64,000 nt of DNA from a virus: the IMG/VR virus record IMGVR_UViG_3300042453_003743, positions 1 to 64,000 of that record; one strand, written 5' to 3'. Both the position numbers and the translations under genes were made by a program. This document shows positions 1-10,800 of this stretch, piece by piece (position 1 is the first letter of the stretch; every line of letters starts with the position of its first letter). The notes under the pieces are model-generated. The model was not told where the DNA came from. It did no database searches and saw nothing but the letters and a program-made list of their open reading frames with translations.

Positions 1-57
1 ATGTGCGGCGTAATCTCCTATATAACCATTATTTCCACGGCTTGATCTTGTTCTCAT
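1..57 (-). CDS. 5' end of a probable virion/fibre protein, runs off the window (MRTRSSRGNNGYIGDYAAH...)
   Basis: ATG at 57 overlaps the TGA of the upstream ORF (ATGA coupling); frame open to the window edge. Confidence 0.6.
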   Translation of the reverse strand, partial: MRTRSSRGNNGYIGDYAAH

Positions 58-2372
58 AAGAACCAACTCCTAGCATTGTTTGTCACTTTAATTAAATTTG
101 CAGTTTCATAAAATCCAACATTTGAAAATATTTCATTAAAAGAAGCATAACCAAAATTTACAATAGAACTTCCATTACCGTTTAGTTCTCCTGCCGCTGC
201 TTCATACGAAATATACGCCCCCGTGTCTATACCAAACGGGTCTCCAATGTTTATAAGACCATATGGATTTGAAATATCAAGAATGCTAGTTACATCTCTT
301 AAAAATATGTAGGTACTATTGGCGGCTGCATCATAATCACCAATAGCAACTCTACTATTTGATGTGTTTGCAATATCTAATTGATTTTTTCCCCCTGCAC
401 TTTGAATTGTAGAAGCAATTAAAGTGTTTGCAGAATTTATCGTAACATTACTGTTGAAAGTTATTCCACCAGCCGCAGAGATTCCTGCATTGAATCTTGC
501 AAGTGAACTGAATGTTGCACCAGCAGCACTAATACCACCCGGGAAGTTTGTAAGAGTATTGAAGGTGTTTGTGCCAGTAAAAGTTTGAGTACCAGCAAGC
601 CCCGCAAGAGTTGTGGTATAATCTGGAAGTGATACCGTTATCGTGCTTGCTGTTGCAATAGTTGGTTGAAAAAATACCTCTCCACCAGACAGATCATTAT
701 AAAAGTATAACCTGTTAAATTCTCCCTGAAATGATACTTCGTTGAAGGAAGAGGAATCCACAATTGCCAGAGCAGCATTTGCTGCGCTTATTGTTTGACT
801 TGCACTAAAAACATTGTCTACATTAGTTTTAGCAACATTCGTAATTGCACCAGTACCACCGTCAATACTTAAAACACCAGTGTTGTTGAAGGTCATGGTT
901 TGACCAGAAACACTCAAACCGATTCCGCTTCCGTTGGTAATTCCAACGGCACCAGTCAATCCACGAACACTATTAACACCAACAACCGAACCAGTAGAAC
1001 CATTAAAAGATCCTACTCCTGTAACAGCACCAGTAAGTCCATTGAAACTCGTAACAACAGGAAGGCTGCTGAAACTTTTATTAACCCAGTGTGCAGTCCC
1101 AGAATCATAAACTAATGCTTGGTTGTTTGCAACACTGGTGATCGTAACATCATTCAAATCGTCAAGATTTGCAACCGCAACACCGCCGCCACCTACGTTT
1201 ACTGTGCTTCGGAAGAGACCACCCTGAATTATTGAATAATCACCAGTGGCACTAAAATTGCTAATACCACTCTTTATTATCAAGTAAGCGCAAAAAATTG
1301 CACTGTCTGAGGTATCTTGACTTTCAGAAAATTGTTCAAATACTAATGCGGCCTTTGCGGTATCTATACTGTTATATGTTGCTCTTCCATAGTATACGAG
1401 AAGAACTGTTGGCGAATTTGGAAAGTAAAAAACTCTTTGAATTGTGTATCTACCGCCAGGAACGGGTTGCAATGTTCCAGAACCATTATCATAATAATGT
1501 GGATCTACTGATGTGTTTACAACAGTATTCCAAGATCCGGATGTTGCGCCTCTGTATTGACGATAAATTACAGAAGCAGGATTTGCATTTGTGTCAGAAA
1601 CTAAATTTGGGCTATTTGGATCGTTGGGATAATTTCTTCCAATCGCATAAGCGGAACCAGATGCTCTTGAAAGTTGCAGCGTCGCACCATATCCACTTAT
1701 GTCATGACCAGAAATTTTTAATGGACCAAAGGAACGAATGAACAGATCGCTTTGCCCAGCTTGGTCATAGGCAACGTGGGGATAACTTTGAGCAAATGTA
1801 ATGTAACTTCTTGAAGGGTGAATCAGCGCCCCAAGAGGAATTTGAGTTTCATATTGCGAGCTGGTAAACGGTACTGTTGTCTGTACAAGTTGCCCGCTGC
1901 TGTTTACCGAAACGAATGAAATATCCGCGCTCGTAAGACCAGCAAGAGTTACACCTGTTTTAGCAGTCCAAGATGCATATGATACCGTTGGTGCTGGGGC
2001 AGATGAAGTTGTTGCATTGATGTTTACGAATACGCCAAGTCCAGCAGTTACATCAAAGGTTGCGGTATTTCCAGAATTTATGGATAATAAACCGCCATAT
2101 AACAATCCAGTTTCAAGATTTTCTATAAACCTTTCACCAGATACACCATCCAAAAGATCAGCATCAAGATCACTTCCATGCCCTTCAACGACATTTACGG
2201 AAAAAGTAGCACCCGAAAGAGATTCCTGGTATCCAACCGAAATTTGGTTTCCAGCAGATATTCCTGGATGATTGTCCAATTTGTCCCATGCAACACCATT
2301 GTATATCCAACGGTTAATTCCGTATGAATAAGTCTGTCCTGTTGCTGGTGATGTTGGAAAATTTATTGGCAT
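54..2372 (-). CDS. Tail fibre-like virion protein, 772 aa
   Basis: N-terminal 'INFPTSPATGQTY...WIYNGVAW' and 'GSDLDADLLDG', 'LDDLNDV' and repeated 'VTSFNGLTGAV' motifs typical of T4-like fibres; Ser/Thr/Gly rich. Confidence 0.75.
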   Translation of the reverse strand: MPINFPTSPATGQTYSYGINRWIYNGVAWDKLDNHPGISAGNQISVGYQESLSGATFSVNVVEGHGSDLDADLLDGVSGERFIENLETGLLYGGLLSINSGNTATFDVTAGLGVFVNINATTSSAPAPTVSYASWTAKTGVTLAGLTSADISFVSVNSSGQLVQTTVPFTSSQYETQIPLGALIHPSRSYITFAQSYPHVAYDQAGQSDLFIRSFGPLKISGHDISGYGATLQLSRASGSAYAIGRNYPNDPNSPNLVSDTNANPASVIYRQYRGATSGSWNTVVNTSVDPHYYDNGSGTLQPVPGGRYTIQRVFYFPNSPTVLLVYYGRATYNSIDTAKAALVFEQFSESQDTSDSAIFCAYLIIKSGISNFSATGDYSIIQGGLFRSTVNVGGGGVAVANLDDLNDVTITSVANNQALVYDSGTAHWVNKSFSSLPVVTSFNGLTGAVTGVGSFNGSTGSVVGVNSVRGLTGAVGITNGSGIGLSVSGQTMTFNNTGVLSIDGGTGAITNVAKTNVDNVFSASQTISAANAALAIVDSSSFNEVSFQGEFNRLYFYNDLSGGEVFFQPTIATASTITVSLPDYTTTLAGLAGTQTFTGTNTFNTLTNFPGGISAAGATFSSLARFNAGISAAGGITFNSNVTINSANTLIASTIQSAGGKNQLDIANTSNSRVAIGDYDAAANSTYIFLRDVTSILDISNPYGLINIGDPFGIDTGAYISYEAAAGELNGNGSSIVNFGYASFNEIFSNVGFYETANLIKVTNNARSWFL

Positions 2373-2378
2373 AAATTA

Positions 2379-5261
2379 TTACCAGAATTTGAGTGTTCTC
2401 CACATTTCGAAGCCGGAGTGACGCATGATGTAGATGTACGACAGGTCATCCGCAGTCTTTACTATTTCAAACTTGTTGCTCAAGGTTGCGGTTCCGTGTG
2501 CGTATGGGATGGAGCCTGCAATGTCAACCTTGAACTTCGCCACGTCAAGCACATAGATGCGGTTGGTGTTATCCTTTGTGAAGTAATACGAGTCCGCACC
2601 ATCGTAAACATACATGGAACCAGTTGTCAAAGTTGCTGTGATGGGCGTGATAAATGGCGTGATTTCCCATGTGGATGTTGGAATGTCAAATATGTCAAAC
2701 AGATTGGAAGCTCCACCGCGAGGTGAAATCAACCACCGTCCCTTCTTTGCAGCATCAGACAGTCCAAACAACCACTTGATGTCCGTTCCTGTGCTTCTTG
2801 CAGGGATTTCGTAAACGCAGTATATGGTGTCTGTGGCGTTTGTTCCTATGGTTGATGGGATGGTTATGGCGGTGGCAGTGTTTGATGTGATTGAACCCTC
2901 GCCACCAACTGCCGTTCCGCCAACATAACGCACTCTCTTGCCTGCCAAATAGTTTACAGGGAAGTTTTTGTTTGCGTCCGTGAGCGTTGTGGTTCCGCTA
3001 CCTGTTGTTATGATTCCATACGAGTCCATGATTTCGTATTTGGAAGTGGAATCCGGTGTTGCAACTCCCCATGTGATGCCCACGGTAAGCGTGGTGGCAC
3101 TATTGGCGGTGATTACCGCATCGTTACCTTCACCTGTTCCTGCCACCACACGAACACGGCAGTTCAGGTATTGGTTGTTTCTCCAGTTCTTGGTACTGTC
3201 AACCAAAGTAGTTGCAGTTCCTGAAGTTGCCCATCCGTTGGGTGAACGCTCTGCAACCTTGTCTACACACATAGCACCAAAAGGTCGCATTTCTTGAATA
3301 ATATACCGTGACTGTCCGTTGGTCATGGCATTGATTGCACTTGCAAGCGTTAGAGTGGTGGCAGTATTTGCAGTAATTCTCCTTGATCCAAGGCTTGTTG
3401 GCGTTGCACCCGCTGTTTGCACATGAACTACACGACCAACATGCTCGTTTGTGGTCCAGTTTTGTGATGCGTCTACAATTAGAGATGTGGTGAGCGAACT
3501 TGCAGCGGTCGGGCTGGCTGCGGCAGAAGCGTTTGCAGCAATGCTGAATGTGGTCAGAGATGCTGTGCCTATAATTTGGAAAGTGGCATTGAATGTGGTT
3601 TCGGTGGCACATCCTGCAATGGTTGCATACTCACCATGACGGAAATCGTGGTTTACTGCGGTTACCACATTTCCGACCTTTCCAACTGTCAGGGTTATGG
3701 TAAGACCAGAACCGCTGCCGCCTGTGGTGTTGGACGATCCGTTAGAGTAGCCGCTGCCTGATGCTGCAAGTTGAAGCCCTGTTACTGCACCTGTTGAACT
3801 AACAGAAGTAACATATGCTTGACCCCCCGAACCTGTGGTGGAACAGGTCACCAAATCACCAACCACATAGTTTGTGCCACCAGCATTTACTGCAACAGTC
3901 AAAATTCCGCTTGCAGAATAGGTAATGCTTGTGATTGCGTACCCTTCATGGGGAGGACCATACGAACCCGTGTTTCCCGCAGCGGGAGTGGCGGATATCT
4001 GACGAGCAACGCCCGAATCAACTACAGGTGCGGTTGCCCACAAATCTTTTTCTACGGAATACTGAAGCAGGGCAGCAGAACCGTTGCCTGCCACCCACAT
4101 CTTGTCCGTATCTCCGTATATGGCGTAACCTGATGTGTTGTCTGGGGTGATGTCCCACTTATATTCAATATAGAATGTGTCTGCCGTGTGTGCAGCAATG
4201 CGTCTGCGTTGACCTGTGCCTGTGCCCGATACTATTCGTATCTGGTGGTTGGCGTATCGGTCGTATTCGTAGGTTGCTCCACTATGCACCAATGTTTTTG
4301 CAGTAGCCGAAGAAGCGGTAACACCGCTAACAAACACACCACCCGCTTCGCCTGTACGATCAATGGCAAAATCTGTGCCGAGTGCAGCGGTAATGTGAGC
4401 AGGACCAATCGGAGTCTTGGTGAACCATGTGTCCAACAGAATATCGTAGAACTGCCAAGACGCAAAAGGCGTTGCGGATGCTGCTGAAAGCAGCCATATT
4501 CCACCTGTCATAATCTGGTAGACGGAACTTGCATCGGGTGTGACATCCCAAGAGGTGTTTACAGTAAGTTCGGTAGATTCAATCACAAAATGGGTCTGTG
4601 AACCAGAAGATGTAGAAGGAACCGCAAACGGAGCCACCGCAGAGAAGCCTGTGTTGTTGAAATGGTCAACCGCTTGATGGTTGGTGTCTGAAAGATATAG
4701 TGTAGTTGTGTCGTTGTATAGAATTCTGCGTATCTGTGACTGACCATTGTTGTAGATAAGTCGCACATTGTATCCGTCCCACTGGTTTACTCTCCACTTT
4801 TTCGTTGAGTCACCAATACTTGTTGCACCTCCTGTGGTTGCCAAGCCGTTATCGTGGATGACTCCATCTGATACAGCCGTAATGGTTCGCTCTTGTCCTG
4901 CTCCTGTGCCTGCAACTATACGAATCTTGCTGCCAATACAAATGTTACCAAGTCTGCCAAGACCACCAATCGTGATGGTTCCTGATGTTGCACTGATGGT
5001 GTGTCCTCTGCTGCCTGAGTAAGCTGCGTATTTTGCTGCGACAGCCGTGACGGGTGCGATGTTTGGAGGGGCACACTCCTGCCACGAATCGCTGTAGGTA
5101 TCGTAACGCCACATGGCTTGGGCGTTGATGTAGTACATGTATCGTGCTTTTTCGTCCGAAGACACCAAAGCAGAAGTGCTGACTGTTGCGACTGGCGCAA
5201 AACGCATCCACTCAAATACTGGAAGATCAACTTGTGGTTTTAATAAATTTTGAAGTGCCAT
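2379..5261 (-). CDS. Repeat-containing receptor-binding/fibre protein, 960 aa (propeller-like blades plus ~6 repeated beta modules)
   Basis: Repeated 'T..D..KNW..N....RVR.V.GTG.G..R.I..NT.T.L' modules and 'YD....W' blade-like motifs; located in fibre operon. Confidence 0.6.
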   Translation of the reverse strand: MALQNLLKPQVDLPVFEWMRFAPVATVSTSALVSSDEKARYMYYINAQAMWRYDTYSDSWQECAPPNIAPVTAVAAKYAAYSGSRGHTISATSGTITIGGLGRLGNICIGSKIRIVAGTGAGQERTITAVSDGVIHDNGLATTGGATSIGDSTKKWRVNQWDGYNVRLIYNNGQSQIRRILYNDTTTLYLSDTNHQAVDHFNNTGFSAVAPFAVPSTSSGSQTHFVIESTELTVNTSWDVTPDASSVYQIMTGGIWLLSAASATPFASWQFYDILLDTWFTKTPIGPAHITAALGTDFAIDRTGEAGGVFVSGVTASSATAKTLVHSGATYEYDRYANHQIRIVSGTGTGQRRRIAAHTADTFYIEYKWDITPDNTSGYAIYGDTDKMWVAGNGSAALLQYSVEKDLWATAPVVDSGVARQISATPAAGNTGSYGPPHEGYAITSITYSASGILTVAVNAGGTNYVVGDLVTCSTTGSGGQAYVTSVSSTGAVTGLQLAASGSGYSNGSSNTTGGSGSGLTITLTVGKVGNVVTAVNHDFRHGEYATIAGCATETTFNATFQIIGTASLTTFSIAANASAAASPTAASSLTTSLIVDASQNWTTNEHVGRVVHVQTAGATPTSLGSRRITANTATTLTLASAINAMTNGQSRYIIQEMRPFGAMCVDKVAERSPNGWATSGTATTLVDSTKNWRNNQYLNCRVRVVAGTGEGNDAVITANSATTLTVGITWGVATPDSTSKYEIMDSYGIITTGSGTTTLTDANKNFPVNYLAGKRVRYVGGTAVGGEGSITSNTATAITIPSTIGTNATDTIYCVYEIPARSTGTDIKWLFGLSDAAKKGRWLISPRGGASNLFDIFDIPTSTWEITPFITPITATLTTGSMYVYDGADSYYFTKDNTNRIYVLDVAKFKVDIAGSIPYAHGTATLSNKFEIVKTADDLSYIYIMRHSGFEMWRTLKFW

Positions 5262-5275
5262 ATATTAATTTCCTA

Positions 5276-5923
5276 TTATGTAAATATCAAATTTCTACGA
5301 ATTGCGGTTCCGTATGCGGTTCGTGCTTCTTCAATAATGCGCCAACGCTCGTCTACAAGACCACTTACTACATGAAGAAGCGTGGTATTCGATTTTGTTG
5401 CGTATGGGCTTACTTGGTTCGACTGCACATACTGAAGGTCACTGGCTCCAATAGAAAGAGTCGTTGCGCCAGAGACAGAGGCAGTAACAGTTCCAGATAC
5501 AGGAATGGTTGTGGTTACTTCGGTGGGGCTCTGACCAGCCGTGCTGTTGCCTATTGCGTCAATGGTGATTCTCTGGCGCAAACGGTTGTCAACAACTGCA
5601 TTGCTCTCAAGGAGTTTGTTCATTCTACGAAGAAGAGTTTGCAGACTTTCTTCATATGATTCTACATCAACATAAATTTGTAGAACATCGGAGGCATTCA
5701 TGGATGTTGTATTGTAATCCAAAGTCAGAACATTGTTATTAAAACTTGCAGCACCCGTCGTTGGATCTGCAAAATTGTAAATTATAGTGTTTGCCGTGGT
5801 ATTGGTTATTAACAAAATATTGGCCAATGTTAAAGATTGAGCCAAATTAGAGAATGTCACCGTTTTTGCAGTGGGGTCGAAGGTATAAGAACCTACTGTA
5901 TCTGTGCCAAGAAGCTTTTTCAT
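5276..5923 (-). CDS. Hypothetical virion protein, 215 aa
   Basis: ORF preceded by late-promoter-like GATAAATA; 'YTFDPTAKTVTF...ILLITNTT.N.IIYNFAD' resembles a phage fibre N-terminal domain. Confidence 0.6.
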   Translation of the reverse strand: MKKLLGTDTVGSYTFDPTAKTVTFSNLAQSLTLANILLITNTTANTIIYNFADPTTGAASFNNNVLTLDYNTTSMNASDVLQIYVDVESYEESLQTLLRRMNKLLESNAVVDNRLRQRITIDAIGNSTAGQSPTEVTTTIPVSGTVTASVSGATTLSIGASDLQYVQSNQVSPYATKSNTTLLHVVSGLVDERWRIIEEARTAYGTAIRRNLIFT

Positions 5924-5933
5924 ATATCTATCC

Positions 5934-5941
5934 TATTTATC
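5934..5941 (-). promoter_or_regulatory. T4-type late promoter (GATAAATA)
   Basis: TAAATA core in the intergenic gap, 10 nt upstream of ATG 5923. Confidence 0.55.
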
Positions 5942-5942
5942 C

Positions 5943-7853
5943 TCATAATGCAACTGCCATTGCTATGATAAAGGGTTTTAAATTTACTGCTCCAGTTGCT
6001 CCATCTACTGAAATTACGTATTCTGTGGGGATTGCTCCAGTGTCTCCCTGCGGCCCTTGGGGTCCCGTGGCTCCGGTGTTTCCTTGAGGGCCTTGAGAAC
6101 CAGTGTTTCCTTGTGGTCCCTGTGCTCCAGTAGATCCTGTACTTCCTTGTGGTCCGGTTGCACCAGTTATTCCTGCTGGTATTATAGAAGCAATTGTTGA
6201 AGTAAATGTGCTATAATCTACTCTTTTTGTAGTATTATCATCTCCGTCTGCTACAAGAATGCTAGTACTTGATTTATAATTTACCGTAGATGCTTGGTTG
6301 TTGAAATAGTTCAACATATCATCCATAGTAACCAAATACATTTCATTGGCTTTGGGGTTTGCAATCAAATTTCTATCTTGCAAAAGTACCACATCAATTT
6401 TATCAATATCAGCTGAAGTTCTTAAAGGAAATGTCGCACCGCCTCTTGAATAATCAATTCCAAATGAATGGGTGTTTCCACTTATTGTATAAGTTATTCC
6501 ACGTTGTGCTCTTAAATTTATTGCTCCCGTAGTTCCATTCAAAGAAACTACATAAGGGCCGCTAATTCCCGCCCCACCCCCTGCAGATATAGAAATGTTT
6601 ACATTTTTTCTATTTGAAGTGGCAGTGATATTATCACCAACAAAATTTATAGTACTCGGATTTCTATGAATTTTTTGACCATTCAAATAGATATCCACAC
6701 CACCCCCACCACCCGGAGTAACCATTTGGCCGATTTTATTGATAGCGTCTTGAATATTAGAATTTTTAAAATTATCCAATATTCCTGTTAATTTTTCAGT
6801 ATCAACTGAAATATTTCCATCTTCAAGTACCAATGGATAGGTCGCAGTAATGATAGGAGCCTCACCAGCAGGTCCTTGTGGTCCGGGTGGCCCGTGAGGT
6901 CCTTCTGGGCCCTGTGGCCCCTGAGAGCCAATGGGACCCATCTCACCGCGTTCTCCACGATCTCCTTTTGGTCCCTGCAAACCCACTGGACCAATTTTAC
7001 CATCCACGCCATCCTTTCCCGCCAATCCCTGTGGACCTCGTTCACCTTGTATTCCTTGGGGACCTACTTTACCTTCTGGGCCCTGTGGCCCCTGTGGACC
7101 TTGTTCTCCTTGAGGACCCTTTGGGCCAATTTTTCCAGATTTCCCGGGCAATCCTTCGGGTCCGGGTTCACCTCTTGGGCCTTGGGGACCAACTAATCCT
7201 TGTTCTCCTTGTTGACCTTGAGGACCTTCTGGACCTATTTCGCCACGATCACCTTTTGGACCAGCAGGCCCAATATCTCCCCGTTCACCCTTTTCACCGC
7301 GAAGACCTTGTGATCCAGCTTGTGGAATTATTTCTTTTACAATTGTTTTTTCAACTAGCTGAACAACAGGTTTTTCAACAACTTTTGGAGCTTGCGCGAC
7401 AGGTTTTAGTGCAACTTGTTCTTCAAGGAGATTTTTTATTTGAGTTGAGTTTCCAACAAATTTTATTACCTTATTGGTATTTTTTTCAATAAAATACCGT
7501 TCTGTAATACCGTTGCCAGCATAAATTTTTTCATCTGCTGTAAGCGCTGTTGTTTCTTTTAATGTTGAATTTTGTAATAGAGAACCAATTGGTCTTTTTA
7601 CTTTAAAAATCTGTCCATCTACATTTTCAAATAAAAGAACTGGTTGGAAATATTCTTTTATTTTGGATGAGTTTCCTTCCACCAGATAAGTTTCTCCAAA
7701 CTCATCTCTAAGATACATCTGAGAAATACCAGAACCTATTTTTACAGTTTTTGGATTATTTGCAAACTCTATAATATGATAAGTAGCACCCATCGACAGA
7801 TTTGGATGCTGTTTTATCAGTTTAAGAGAATTTTTATTCTTGCCAAAAAACAT
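5943..7853 (-). CDS. Collagen triple-helix repeat fibre protein, 636 aa
   Basis: Long Gly-X-Y tract (GPQ/GEK/GER) plus a second short tract near the C-terminus; duplicated N-terminal domain. Confidence 0.8.
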   Translation of the reverse strand: MFFGKNKNSLKLIKQHPNLSMGATYHIIEFANNPKTVKIGSGISQMYLRDEFGETYLVEGNSSKIKEYFQPVLLFENVDGQIFKVKRPIGSLLQNSTLKETTALTADEKIYAGNGITERYFIEKNTNKVIKFVGNSTQIKNLLEEQVALKPVAQAPKVVEKPVVQLVEKTIVKEIIPQAGSQGLRGEKGERGDIGPAGPKGDRGEIGPEGPQGQQGEQGLVGPQGPRGEPGPEGLPGKSGKIGPKGPQGEQGPQGPQGPEGKVGPQGIQGERGPQGLAGKDGVDGKIGPVGLQGPKGDRGERGEMGPIGSQGPQGPEGPHGPPGPQGPAGEAPIITATYPLVLEDGNISVDTEKLTGILDNFKNSNIQDAINKIGQMVTPGGGGGVDIYLNGQKIHRNPSTINFVGDNITATSNRKNVNISISAGGGAGISGPYVVSLNGTTGAINLRAQRGITYTISGNTHSFGIDYSRGGATFPLRTSADIDKIDVVLLQDRNLIANPKANEMYLVTMDDMLNYFNNQASTVNYKSSTSILVADGDDNTTKRVDYSTFTSTIASIIPAGITGATGPQGSTGSTGAQGPQGNTGSQGPQGNTGATGPQGPQGDTGAIPTEYVISVDGATGAVNLKPFIIAMAVAL

Positions 7854-7855
7854 TT

Positions 7856-10800
7856 TTAGAATACTGGACCAACTCCAGGTCTGAAGTAAATAATCCCTGT
7901 GTTTGGGTCTCCGGGTGCTGCAATTGTGGTAACATCTATATTACCACCACTCTGTATACTGGGTCCTGTGTAACCGCTATTTCCGAATGAACTTATTGTT
8001 ATTGTTGGCTCGGGGAAAGTCCAGCCTGTTATAACTTCATCTGAAATTTTAATTGCGTACCCATTATGTACCCATCTGTCTCCACGATATTTAAACTGTC
8101 TGTAATATGAATTACCAACATTTTGTCCTAATGAAAGCCCCTGCACATATGTAGACAAACAATCTGGATCGTTATTTGGACATGGTTTTAATGGAAATCT
8201 ATCTACACCAGCCTCTGTTGGGCCGGGACTCCCTTGCGCCAGCATACCGGTCTCAAGCAAATATGTCACTTCGGAATTTTGGAGTATCGGAGGATCCTCT
8301 GTATTGTAAAGCAATTCTTCCGCGCCACCCCAATTCCATTTTTCTTGACATGTGATGCAGGGAATATCCCATGGGAAATTCATTGGGTTGATTTGTTCTG
8401 ATTGTGCAGGATTTTCAATAAATCCATATGAATTCCCGGGTGGATTAATATAATACAAAGCAGCGTTTGTGTTTCCTCCTGTAACACTAATTCCAAGAAC
8501 TGGAGCAGACGGAAATAGCACAGTTTCACCACTATGATATGTCATATGCACTATTTTTTGATTTTCTGCATAATATCTTGGTAAATATCCTGGTGTTTTT
8601 CTATTAGCGTTTAAAGTTGTATCATATGTCCACGGCCTCGGCCATACAGGAACAATACTAGTGTTAATCTCATTATTAGATGGAGACAATGGACCGTTTG
8701 TTTGATTTCCGGGTGGCAAAGTAGAAAATACACACGGGCATTGGTCTAACCATATTTTGTACTGCGTGATGGTATTAACAACTAGGAAAGTTCCTTTTCC
8801 GAGTGTCAAGTACTGTTCAGGATTTATTTTCAAAGAACCGAGCGGTCTACAATACGTCAGGCCACCTGTAAGACCAAAGGAGAATGTAAAATTTGTCCAG
8901 TTCATGGCATCACCCATGAATCTTAATGTTACTCCCTTTGTACTAACTCCGCTGCCACTCGACCAACCTGCAGTTCTTCCAAGACCATGATTGTAAAGAA
9001 TGGGACGATTCGGAATTATTCCACCTTTGAGACCTTGAATTCCCTGAATACCCTGAATACCCTGTAGACCTTGTGGGCCTTGTGGGCCTTGTGGGCCTTG
9101 AATACCCTGTAGACCTTGTGGGCCTTGTGGGCCTTGAATACCCTGTAGACCTTGTGGGCCTTGTGGGCCCTGAATACCCTGTAGACCTTGTGGGCCTTGA
9201 CGGCCTTGGATTCCTTGGGTTCCTTGGATTCCTTGTGATCCAACAGAACCTTGAATACCACCAATACCTCCGATTCCTTGAATACCTTGAACTCCTTGGA
9301 AACCTCTTCGACCATCATAACCAACAGGGCCAACCGATCCTATAAGTCCTTGAACTCCTTGACGGCCTTGAAGTCCTTGAACTCCCTGAATACCTTGAAT
9401 TCCTTGTGGTCCTTGTGGTCCTTGAATTCCTTGTATTCCAAGTGTTCCTTGTCTTCCTTGAATTCCTTGTGAACCAATAGTTCCTTGAGCACCATTAGAT
9501 CCCTGTGCACCAGCAGATCCTTGAATGCCTTGGCGACCTTGAATGCCTTGAATTCCTTGGACACCCTGACGCCCCTGAACACCCTGAATTCCCTGAGCAC
9601 CAGTTTGTCCAGATCCGCCGGAGCTTTGTTCCTCTACCCAAGTAGACCAAAATACTCCGGAACCTTCTGTATCATAACCACTTCCAGGATCAGTTCCTCT
9701 TTTTATAATACCATAACGAATGTACTTCGTATTCGGAGAAGCAGTAAAACCATTCGAAGTTATGTCTGTTACATCGTTTTCTAGGAAGAATCCAGTCTGT
9801 CTTATTACTCTATAAGGAAGTTCTTCACCAGCCACTGAAATGTCGGTTGATTTTGCGTATGTAAACCAATCATTTATTACGCAGCACGGGTCTGTCACTT
9901 CAACAGAAGAATTGGTGCTTCCCGGATAATTTATTATACGTCCAAATTGCGTCGAATCTTCTTGATACCAATAAGTTCCACCCAAGAATATTCCAAGATC
10001 CGTAGCATTTACTGTTCCATCATTATTCAAATCACCGGTTGGACCGGCAGTTCCCCAGTTTGCTAATATCAATGAACCCATCAAAGCAGCTGCGCCGTTG
10101 TTGGCAATTTGAGGTACTACAGTATAAACACCGGGGGTTGTTATATCATTAATATCATAAACAAATACGTTTGTATTGTTGTTTTCTCCATTGTTTGATG
10201 CCGCAAGTGGTGGATCCCATATTGCATTACCAAAAGATGATCCGCCTCCGGCATCCCCACCCAAAGATCTTTGTGAGAATGGGAATGGTTCTGTTATATC
10301 TGGATTACCAGCCCCACCAAAATGACAGCTAGAAGGATATTGTTGGGTTAAACATGTAGTAGTGGGAACATTATAACTACCAGTCGGTGAAGTAATACCA
10401 AAGTATTTTACACTGTTTAGATTTAAATTTCTTGTATATGTTGATCCCGGAACATAATTTACAAAATTACTAAGATTTGTAGTGCTGGAAGTAGTTTTAT
10501 CATAAACATTTACATTTGTAACAAACAGAGAGTAATATGTAATTCCACCGCGATATCGTGGAATTTGTATTTTATTGTTTATTTTTGTTACTTGACCAAT
10601 GTAATAAGTATCACCGAATCCCTGTTCACTCAATACAACTTTTGATAGATATGTTAGACCTGCAACGAAATTTGGGTTATTTGTATCTAATATTGCAGGC
10701 TCGGTCCAACCAGTAAATAATTCATAAACATCATTAGTTGGGTTTGTAATACCCGGAGTATTGATAAATCCATTTCTTTGATCTAAATTGTCTAGATAAA

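Noticed and set aside
9045-9200. 36-bp repeats resembling a CRISPR array
   Set aside because: Contiguous in-frame coding repeats without unique spacers; no cas genes
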